Source: Planctomycetota bacterium
GTDB taxonomy: Bacteria; Planctomycetota; Brocadiia; Brocadiales; Brocadiaceae
Reading direction: 5' to 3'
NCBI GenBank assembly: GCA_016235875.1
Contig: JACRII010000057.1
Span: forward strand, 1-17,121
DNA length: 17,121 bases
In this document: piece after piece, positions 7,161 through 13,963 of the stretch
Numbering within the stretch: the stretch's first letter is position 1
How the letters are laid out: every line of letters starts with the position of its first letter
Made by a program: the position numbers and the translations under genes
The notes under the pieces: generated by a model
The model's database searches: none
Told to the model about the DNA's origin: nothing
Seen by the model: only the letters and a program-made list of their open reading frames with translations

Positions 7161-7189
7161 GTAGAGACAGGTTTAAAACCTGTCTGTAC
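7161..7189 (+). terminator. Hairpin downstream of the 203-aa ORF (possible weak intrinsic terminator)
   Basis: GTAGAGACAGG (7161-7171) pairs with CCTGTCTGTAC (7179-7189): 11 bp with one G/G mismatch and a 7-nt loop, TTTAAAA. Only TTT follows, so the U-tract is poor. It starts 21 nt after the stop codon. Confidence 0.4.
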
Positions 7190-7431
7190 TTTGGACACAT
7201 AGCGAAAAAGAAACGAATATCCAAAGTTTGTCAAAACTTCCCAACATTATAACATAATATATATTATCAGACGTTACAAATTTGATTAGGTGCGCTACTC
7301 TGTCGATGAAATTTTTGCAGTCGTGAGGTTTATGGATTTATAAGTTTCGGCTGCAATCGGCATGAACCCACTCCCCTCAATTTGATTTCGATACTCAGTA
7401 ATTTCTTTTCTATCAAGCTTAAAGAATATTA

Positions 7432-7460
7432 TTGACAAGATAAATTATGTCTGCTACTAT
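7432..7460 (+). promoter_or_regulatory. Sigma-70-like promoter for the ACP-led operon
   Basis: TTGACA (7432-7437), an exact 17-nt spacer, and TACTAT (7455-7460), with AT-rich sequence upstream (AAAGAATATTA). This predicts a leader of roughly 70 nt before the ACP start at 7536. An imperfect dyad GACA-N10-TGTC (7434-7451) overlaps the -35 element and spacer. Confidence 0.5.
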
Positions 7461-7535
7461 GTTTTCGTTGTTTTCAAAATTACTATGAATATATATGTGT
7501 CTTTTGTTTCGGTAGTTTAATAAAGGAGGATAATT

Positions 7536-7805
7536 TTGAACGCTGGAGAGATTGAAAAAGGTGTAACCGCTATTGTTGCAGAGGTTACTGAGTTAGACGA
7601 AAAGGAGATTTGGGACAAAAGAGATGCAAATTTCTTTAAAGACCTTGAGATAGATTCCCTTTTAGCCTTAGAGATTCTGGCACTCATTGAAAAGAAGTTT
7701 AAAGTGCAAATACCTGAAGAAAAGCTTGTTGATATTACCTCATTAAACGCAACAATTGATTTAACAAAATCAGTATTGGCAGAGAGCGGCAAACTCACCT
7801 CATAA
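7536..7805 (+). CDS. Dedicated acyl carrier protein
   Basis: 89 aa. The TTG start is effectively forced: an in-frame TAA lies at 7521-7523, the protein has no internal Met, and GGAGG at 7525-7529 sits 6 nt upstream. FFKDLEIDSLLALEILALIEKKF contains the DSL phosphopantetheine-attachment serine (Ser41, codon 7656-7658) at the start of helix II. Confidence 0.9.
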   Translation: MNAGEIEKGVTAIVAEVTELDEKEIWDKRDANFFKDLEIDSLLALEILALIEKKFKVQIPEEKLVDITSLNATIDLTKSVLAESGKLTS

Positions 7806-7841
7806 GATGCTTGATACATAGCGCAACAAGACACAAACCAA

Positions 7842-7892
7842 TTACCCCCCTTTATTTACCCTTCTTAATGAACGGTAGATAAAGGGGGGTAA
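7842..7892 (+). terminator. Strong stem-loop between ACP and fabZ (partial terminator, attenuator or mRNA-stabilising hairpin)
   Basis: TTACCCCCCTTTATTTACC (7842-7860) pairs with GGTAGATAAAGGGGGGTAA (7874-7892): 19 bp with one G-U wobble that is allowed only in the plus-strand RNA, and a 13-nt loop. There is no clean U-tract after it (AACTTTATTAAAAATTT). Confidence 0.55.
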
Positions 7893-7988
7893 AACTTTAT
7901 TAAAAATTTAAAGCATAATATTTATTATTGTGTAATACGATTACCGAGTAATACTTTACATGATTAACACAAAAAAAGCATACTTACA

Positions 7989-8441
7989 ATGATATTATTT
8001 GAGGAAATTCGATCTCTTCTTCCTCAAAAATATCCTTTTCTATTTATTGATAAGGTTGTTGAGTTCGAAGAGGGGAAAAAAATCGTTTGTATCAAAAATG
8101 TATCCGGCAACGAACCTGTCTTTGTCGGACATTTCCCTGATTTTGCCATCATGCCAGGTGTCTTGATCATCGAGGCGATGGCACAGGCTTCTATTATCTT
8201 ATTCAGGAAGAGCCTCCCCCCTCAGCAAAACGACAAGAATACCGTTTTTTTATTAGCATCAGTCAATAATGCACGGTTTACAAAACCTGTATTCCCCGGC
8301 GATCAACTCTTCATAGAAATCATCGTGGAAAAAATTGTCTCCAAGGGCGCTATTGTTCAGGCAACGGTAAAAGTTGAAGAAAAAACCGTTGCGAAGGCAT
8401 CGTTGACCTTTGGCATTGCAGAAAAAAGTGCTTTGGTATAG
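7989..8441 (+). CDS. fabZ: 3-hydroxyacyl-ACP dehydratase
   Basis: 150 aa. LLPQKYPFLFIDKV...VFVGHFPDFAIMPGVLIIEAMAQ is the canonical FabZ hot-dog signature, with the catalytic His (GHFP) and Glu (IEAMAQ) intact. No SD precedes the ATG. Confidence 0.92.
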   Translation: MILFEEIRSLLPQKYPFLFIDKVVEFEEGKKIVCIKNVSGNEPVFVGHFPDFAIMPGVLIIEAMAQASIILFRKSLPPQQNDKNTVFLLASVNNARFTKPVFPGDQLFIEIIVEKIVSKGAIVQATVKVEEKTVAKASLTFGIAEKSALV

Positions 8442-8444
8442 TTT

Positions 8445-9665
8445 ATGAATAAACGTGTTGTTATAACAGGCGTAGGAATGATCACCCCTATCGGGTCAGG
8501 AAAGGACACATTTTGGAAGGCCCTTATTGCAGGGGCGTCTGGTGTGGACAACGTGACGTGCATAGATACTTCCGGCTATAAGGTTCATAAAGGATGTGAA
8601 GTTAAAAATTTCAATTATGCGGATTACATAAAAGACGACATTCTCAAAAAAATTGGCAAAGGTTCGCAATTTGCGATAGTAGCCACAAAGCTGGCTTTAA
8701 ACGATGCCAGGCTTGATTTGAATAAGACTAACTTAGAACGGATTGGGGTCTCTGTTGGAACAACCGCAGGAGAAATACAAATCCTGGAAAAAGTTAATTA
8801 TATCAGGCATAAAGATGGTGAAGATAAGGTCGACCCAGACCTGTTTTTGAAGCATCCTTGTAATAACATCCCGGCTAATATTGCTATTGAGTTTGGTTTG
8901 AAAGGTCCCAATACGATTATACCCACTGCCTGCGCTGCGGGTAATTATGCAATTGGATATGCCTATGACTTGATTAAGTTTGGAAGGGTGGACATGATGT
9001 TTGCCGGCGGTTCAGACCCTTTTTCGAAAGTTGCCTATACGGGATTCGCCAGACTGGGCGCTATTGCCCCTGATATCTGCCAGCCCTTTGATAAAAATAG
9101 AAAAGGCATGATGGTGGGTGAAGGCGCTGGGATGCTTCTTCTGGAATCGCTTGACCATGCAACAAAGAGAAATGCGAATATTTATGCTGAAATTATCGGT
9201 TATGGGCTTAGCTGTGATGCGTACCATATTACAATTCCTCATCCAGACGGCGAAGGTGTTGTCTCTGCTATGAAAAAAGCACTAAAAAGCGCAAACCTGA
9301 GTCCTAAAGATGTCCAGTATGTTAGTGCACATGGAACGGGAACTCCTGCGAATGACAAGGCTGAAACGATTTCAATTAAAAAGGTGTTCGGGGATAAACC
9401 CAGTAATCTTGCAATTAGTTCCATAAAATCAATGATTGGACATACCATGGGGGCAGCTAGCGCTATTGAGGCAATTACTTGCGCATTAGTTGTCCAGAAC
9501 GATATAATTCCTCCAACGATAAATTATGAAACGCTGGATCCGGAATGTGATCTGGACTATGTACCCAATGTTATGAGAAAACAACGGGTAAATATTGCAC
9601 TGAACAACGCCCATGCATTTGGCGGTAACAATAGTTGTCTGGTTGTAAAAAAGTTCACAGGATAA
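8445..9665 (+). CDS. fabF: Beta-ketoacyl-ACP synthase II type ketosynthase (catalytically complete)
   Basis: 406 aa. The ATG is 3 nt after the fabZ stop. The active-site Cys is in [12 protein letters not shown] (Cys163, codon 8931-8933). The two His are in [11 protein letters not shown] and [30 protein letters not shown] and the C-terminal [14 protein letters not shown] are also present. This is the full FabF/KAS II signature set. Confidence 0.92.
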   Translation: MNKRVVITGVGMITPIGSGKDTFWKALIAGASGVDNVTCIDTSGYKVHKGCEVKNFNYADYIKDDILKKIGKGSQFAIVATKLALNDARLDLNKTNLERIGVSVGTTAGEIQILEKVNYIRHKDGEDKVDPDLFLKHPCNNIPANIAIEFGLKGPNTIIPTACAAGNYAIGYAYDLIKFGRVDMMFAGGSDPFSKVAYTGFARLGAIAPDICQPFDKNRKGMMVGEGAGMLLLESLDHATKRNANIYAEIIGYGLSCDAYHITIPHPDGEGVVSAMKKALKSANLSPKDVQYVSAHGTGTPANDKAETISIKKVFGDKPSNLAISSIKSMIGHTMGAASAIEAITCALVVQNDIIPPTINYETLDPECDLDYVPNVMRKQRVNIALNNAHAFGGNNSCLVVKKFTG

Positions 9666-9674
9666 AAAAGGTTT

Positions 9675-10919
9675 GTGATGGAAAAAACGAGAATCGTTAT
9701 TACAGGTGTTTCGGTTATCTCGCCTCTTGGGGCAGACAAGGATATTTTTTGGAAAAATTTAACCGAAGGTGTATCGGGTATAAAACCCGTCACCCTGTTC
9801 GATGTAAGTAAATTTAATAGCAAGCAGGCGGGAGAAATCTCTGGTTTTGATGCCAAGATTTATCTTGGTCAAAAAGGAATCCGACATATCGATAGAACCT
9901 CGCTCCTTGTATCATCAGGAACGGTTCTTGCCATCAAAGATGCGAACCTCGAAAACAATACCTATAGCGGTGATGAGCTGGGCATTGTCGTCGGCTCTAC
10001 CTATGGAAGTATTGACAGCATCAGTTCCTTTGATTTCCAGTCTTTGCGCGAAGGTCCCAGTTATGTCAATCCCATGGACTTTCCTAACACCGTGTTGAAT
10101 GCGCCAGCAAGCCGTGCCTCTATTTTCTGTAAGGCCACAGGACTCAATACCACCATTTCAAACGGCGTGACAAGCAGTATCGATGCTATTATTTATGCCT
10201 CTGATTTCCTTCGTATGGGTCGTGTAAAGGCAGCAGTTGTAGGCGGTGTACATGGATTAACCCATGACATATTTTGGGGTTCACATAATTCAAAGATACT
10301 GGCTGGCAGCAAGAACGGAACGCCGGAAATTTGCGCTCCATTTGATAAGAGGCGCAATGGAATGATTATTGGCGAGGCATCGGCGTTAGTTATTCTGGAA
10401 ACTTTGGAAGACGCTTTGAAGAGAAATGCGCATATATATGCTGAAGTTAAGGGTTACGGAACTGCATTCGAGCCTAAAATGGCCGTCAGCAAAGAATATC
10501 AAATAGACGGTAACAGGAGAGCCATTATGAACGCTCTTAATGACGCCAATCTGACACTGCATGACATTTCCTATATCTCCGCCAATGCCTATTCCGGTAT
10601 TCATGGCGATGCTCTTGAAACTAAAGTTATCAAAGAAGTCTTTGGTATGCGATCAAAACTCATCCCTGTGTCAGCTATAAAATCTATGACCGGTGAGTGT
10701 TTTGACGCCTCAGGTGCATTACAAACCATAGCCGCATTGATGTCCATCAAAACACACACAATTCCACCCACTATAAATTATAAGGAACCGGATACAGAGT
10801 GTGATTTAGATTACGTGATCAACAACAGCAGGGCTGTCCCAGTCAAGAACGTCCTTATAAACTCTTTCTCCCGATTGGGAAATAATTCATCCTTAATTAT
10901 CTCCAAATACAAACCGTAA
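9675..10919 (+). CDS. Ketosynthase homologue lacking the Cys-His-His triad (chain-length-factor-like, probably non-condensing partner subunit)
   Basis: 414 aa, with a GTG start at 9675 or an ATG at 9678. It aligns without gaps to the upstream KS over the conserved blocks (VITGVSVISPLG, RRNGMIIGEASA, HIYAEVKGYG, IPPTINY..D.ECDLDYV). The catalytic Cys position reads NGVTSS (Val; codons about 10164-10178). First His becomes Met (EPKMAV). Second His becomes Asn (ISANAYSG). The GH of KSMxGH becomes GE. Confidence 0.85.
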   Translation: MMEKTRIVITGVSVISPLGADKDIFWKNLTEGVSGIKPVTLFDVSKFNSKQAGEISGFDAKIYLGQKGIRHIDRTSLLVSSGTVLAIKDANLENNTYSGDELGIVVGSTYGSIDSISSFDFQSLREGPSYVNPMDFPNTVLNAPASRASIFCKATGLNTTISNGVTSSIDAIIYASDFLRMGRVKAAVVGGVHGLTHDIFWGSHNSKILAGSKNGTPEICAPFDKRRNGMIIGEASALVILETLEDALKRNAHIYAEVKGYGTAFEPKMAVSKEYQIDGNRRAIMNALNDANLTLHDISYISANAYSGIHGDALETKVIKEVFGMRSKLIPVSAIKSMTGECFDASGALQTIAALMSIKTHTIPPTINYKEPDTECDLDYVINNSRAVPVKNVLINSFSRLGNNSSLIISKYKP

Positions 10920-10922
10920 TTC

Positions 10923-12377
10923 ATGCTGTCTTCCGATACGTGTATTCAATCCACAAAAAAGGATATGCTATATCCTTATTATGATGCGATTGTGATTGGC
11001 TCGGGCGTAGCAGGATTAGTATGCGCTGCATTTCTTGCCAAATGTGGAAAAAAAGTGCTTATGGTGGAGCAACATTTCATTCCCGGAGGTTATTGTACTT
11101 CTTTTAAGCGAAAGGGTTTTACCTTCGATGCCGCAGTTCATCATATTGGCGGTTGCGGAAAATGGAGTGTTGTCGGTCGCTGCTTTAAGACACTTGGGAT
11201 TGGAATGGATTTCTATCCTCTCGACCCAATGGATCACCTGATTTTCCCCAACTTCAGCATTGAAATTCCAGCCGACCTGGATGAGTATATCGCACGTTTA
11301 CAGGATCGTTATCCATTGGAAAAAGACAACATTAAAGATTTTTTCCAGGATTTTATAAAACTCTACCGCGCTACATTTAACAATGAAAAGAGTCAAATTA
11401 TTGATAAATATAAGGATCAAACATATGGCGAGATGTTAGATGCCTTTTTTAAGAACGACGAACTCAAGATGATACTTGCCGGCCAATGGGGATACATAGG
11501 TCTCCCCCCTACTCAGGCATCCGCTATTGCAATGTGTCAAATGATGATCAATTATCTCAAAGACGGCGCATTTTTTCCTGCGGGTGGTACGCAAGAGTTT
11601 GCTAATGCAATTTTTAAGAAATTTATTGATTTTGGCGGACATGTTATGCTATCATCAAGAGTCAAGAAAATCCTTCTGAATGGTAGTTCCGTAAAAGGCA
11701 TTAAGTTACAGGATGGTAAAGAAATTTACTCCGGTTTAGTTGTGTCGAATGCTGACGCCAGGCAGACTTTTTTTGACCTATTAGAAGGTAAATCCGATCC
11801 ATCCTTTCTTAAAAAAGTTGAGGAGATGAGAGAAAGTTGTTCCTTCTTTCTTTTATATTTAGGCGTTGGAGGTGATGTAGATTTAACGAAGGTAAAGAGA
11901 GGGTTTTATCATACGGCCACAGATGCAAGCGCTATGGACAAAGAATGGTTATATATTTCCGTTCCAACAAAAATAAGTCCTACCCTTGCACCTTCAAATA
12001 AGCAAATAATATCTGTGGTTGTCTATTTGAATAAAGCGATGTATAAAAACGTTACCGATTGGAAATCTTTTAAAGAACGCATGACATTACAAACGATCAA
12101 TAGATTAGAATCATATATTCCTGATTTAAAAAAATATATCGAAGTAAAAGAGTCAGCTACACCGAAAACCCTGGAACGTTACACATCAAACACAAGCGGA
12201 GCTGCTTATGGCTGGGAAGTCACGGTCGACCAAATGTGGGAGAATAGACTATCACAGAAGACACCGATTGAAAATCTATATTTAACAGGTCATTGGACAA
12301 GACCAGGTCCTGGGATTTGTGCCGTTGTCTCTTCGGGATGGAGCGTAGCTAATTTAATTATGGAGAATTGGAGGTAA
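10923..12377 (+). CDS. CrtI/phytoene-desaturase-family FAD-dependent oxidoreductase
   Basis: 484 aa. The ATG is 3 nt after the upstream stop. The N-terminal dinucleotide fold is YDAIVIGSGVAGLVCAAFLAKCGKKVLMVEQHFIPGGYC. The C-terminal GAAYGW...NLYLTGHWTRPGPGICAVVSSG block is typical of CrtI/CrtD-type desaturases and isomerases. Confidence 0.85.
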   Translation: MLSSDTCIQSTKKDMLYPYYDAIVIGSGVAGLVCAAFLAKCGKKVLMVEQHFIPGGYCTSFKRKGFTFDAAVHHIGGCGKWSVVGRCFKTLGIGMDFYPLDPMDHLIFPNFSIEIPADLDEYIARLQDRYPLEKDNIKDFFQDFIKLYRATFNNEKSQIIDKYKDQTYGEMLDAFFKNDELKMILAGQWGYIGLPPTQASAIAMCQMMINYLKDGAFFPAGGTQEFANAIFKKFIDFGGHVMLSSRVKKILLNGSSVKGIKLQDGKEIYSGLVVSNADARQTFFDLLEGKSDPSFLKKVEEMRESCSFFLLYLGVGGDVDLTKVKRGFYHTATDASAMDKEWLYISVPTKISPTLAPSNKQIISVVVYLNKAMYKNVTDWKSFKERMTLQTINRLESYIPDLKKYIEVKESATPKTLERYTSNTSGAAYGWEVTVDQMWENRLSQKTPIENLYLTGHWTRPGPGICAVVSSGWSVANLIMENWR

Positions 12378-12385
12378 ATAAAAAT

Positions 12386-13846
12386 ATGAGTAGAAAAATG
12401 ATGTTAATTAATCCACATAAACCGGGCAGGCATGGTGAGGAGAGTATTACGGTAATCGTTCAAATGCCTTTAAATCTTGCCTACGTTGCCGCTCTTACAC
12501 CCGGTGATTGGGAATTTGACGTTATCGACGAAAATATTGAATTGGCAATAAACGATAATGATGAACTCACTTTTAAACCGGTAGACCTTGTGTGTATTAC
12601 CTCAGTTACCTATCAGTCTCCCAGGGCATACAAGATTGCAGCCGCTTGCAGGAAAAAGGGCATGACAGTAATCATGGGTGGAATACATGCATCTGTTGTG
12701 CCTGAAGAGGCCGCAAATTACGTTGATGCTGTTTTTGTGGGTGAGGCAGAAGAAGTGTGGCCACAGGTCATAAAAGATTTTGAAGCAGGAAAATTAAAAA
12801 AGGTCTACCAGGGCGGCTTACCCCCCCTTAGCCTGATGAAGAAGGTGTATCCAAACCGCGAACTCTTGAAAAATAAATACAACTATAAATTTTCTTCCAT
12901 CGTAACAACAAAAGGATGCCCCAACTATTGTGATTTTTGCAGTGTACCCACATTCCAGGGCAGAAAATTCAGGGAAAGACCTTATGAAGATGTCCTCGAT
13001 GAGATGGCAGCCACAGATTACAAGGGATTGATGTTAGCGGAAGATAACTTCTACGGTCATGGAAAAAAATCAAACGAGAGGGCACGAGATCTTTTCAAGG
13101 GAATGGTGGAACGTGGCATACACAAAGACTGGTTAGGATTCACGGCGTTAAACATCTCTCAAGACCAGGAAACATTAGATTATATGGCCAAGAGCGGCAA
13201 TTTTGGTATGCTTATCGGTATAGAATCTACGAATGAGGCCGTTTTGGAGAAAATGAATAAACGTGTGAACCTGAAGTTGGGTACCGATAGTTATTTTGAT
13301 TGTATCCAAAAGATTCACAACGCCGGCTTGGTTGTCTGGGGTTCCGTGGTATTTGGGGCCGATGGAGACGACAAAGATTCTTTTAAAAGAATGACTGAAT
13401 TTATATTGGAAAACAATATTGATATTCTCACCTTTGGCATTAACTGTCCCTTCCCCAAGACGCAACTCTATGCAAGACTGGATTCAGAAAAGAGGATTTT
13501 CAGGAAAAATTATCCGGAGGATTGGCAATATTACGATACAGCCCATGTGGTACACCGTTTCGTAGACATGTCATTGGAAAACTTTATTGAAGGCATGCAG
13601 TATGTTTATGACCATATTTATGCAGGTGATAACCTAAGGACACGATTCAGAAACTCAATTAAAACAACAAAGAATCCCAGAAACTCCATGTTTGCATTCA
13701 GGGTGGGTTCGGATTGGAAACAAGTTTTTGAACAAGTATTGCAGAATTTGAAGGAATTATACGATTCAGGCGATTATTATCAGGACTGGTACAAATCAAG
13801 TGCAGTACCTGTTTCAAAGCCAGTTATGGAAACAGTAACCACATAA
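12386..13846 (+). CDS. B12-binding-domain radical SAM enzyme (class B rSAM)
   Basis: I prefer the ATG at 12386 (MSRKMMLINP...), with GGAGG at 12370-12374. The track's TTG at 12368 would overlap the upstream gene by 10 nt. The N-terminal cobalamin-binding-like domain reads DLVCITSVTYQSPRAYKIAAACRKKGMTVIMGGIHASVVPEE. The radical SAM motif GCPNYCDFC (CxxxCxxC) is encoded at 12917-12940. Confidence 0.85.
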   Translation: MSRKMMLINPHKPGRHGEESITVIVQMPLNLAYVAALTPGDWEFDVIDENIELAINDNDELTFKPVDLVCITSVTYQSPRAYKIAAACRKKGMTVIMGGIHASVVPEEAANYVDAVFVGEAEEVWPQVIKDFEAGKLKKVYQGGLPPLSLMKKVYPNRELLKNKYNYKFSSIVTTKGCPNYCDFCSVPTFQGRKFRERPYEDVLDEMAATDYKGLMLAEDNFYGHGKKSNERARDLFKGMVERGIHKDWLGFTALNISQDQETLDYMAKSGNFGMLIGIESTNEAVLEKMNKRVNLKLGTDSYFDCIQKIHNAGLVVWGSVVFGADGDDKDSFKRMTEFILENNIDILTFGINCPFPKTQLYARLDSEKRIFRKNYPEDWQYYDTAHVVHRFVDMSLENFIEGMQYVYDHIYAGDNLRTRFRNSIKTTKNPRNSMFAFRVGSDWKQVFEQVLQNLKELYDSGDYYQDWYKSSAVPVSKPVMETVTT

Positions 13847-13880
13847 TACGGTAAATAGGCATATGAATTCTTAATGGAAT

Positions 13881-13925
13881 TTATAAAGGCACATCAATTT
13901 CATAATTGTTGATGTGCCTTTATAA
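13881..13925 (+). terminator. Intrinsic-terminator-like hairpin closing the lipid operon
   Basis: TTATAAAGGCACATCAA (13881-13897) is the perfect reverse complement of TTGATGTGCCTTTATAA (13909-13925): 17 bp with an 11-nt loop. The GC-rich core GGCACATCAA/TTGATGTGCC is followed by TTTATAATT. It starts 35 nt after the radical SAM stop codon. Confidence 0.6.
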
Positions 13926-13963
13926 TTGATAATAATCATGGTTTTGTGTTCGGCGGTTATGTC

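Noticed and set aside
7224-7239. Palindrome AAGTTT-N4-AAACTT about 200 nt upstream of the ACP promoter
   Set aside because: The arms are 6 bp of pure A/T/G in an AT-rich spacer, so the palindrome is easily expected by chance. It is too far from the promoter to be called an operator without conservation data.
7517-7834. 105-aa minus-strand ORF covering the ACP gene
   Set aside because: The plus strand encodes a textbook ACP with a DSL motif and a strong SD. The antisense frame is a shadow ORF.
12368-12385. TTG at 12368 (track start) as the radical SAM start codon
   Set aside because: It would overlap the CrtI-like gene by 10 nt, and the GGAGG at 12370-12374 would then lie inside the ORF rather than upstream. 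The ATG at 12386 downstream of that SD is more plausible, although its 11-nt spacing is long. The choice remains uncertain.
13946-13963. GTG at 13946 (track start) for the PNPOx-like gene
   Set aside because: It adds MFGGYV with no SD, just 20 nt after the terminator stem. The ATG at 13964 gives a typical N-terminus. Neither start has a good SD, so confidence is low either way.
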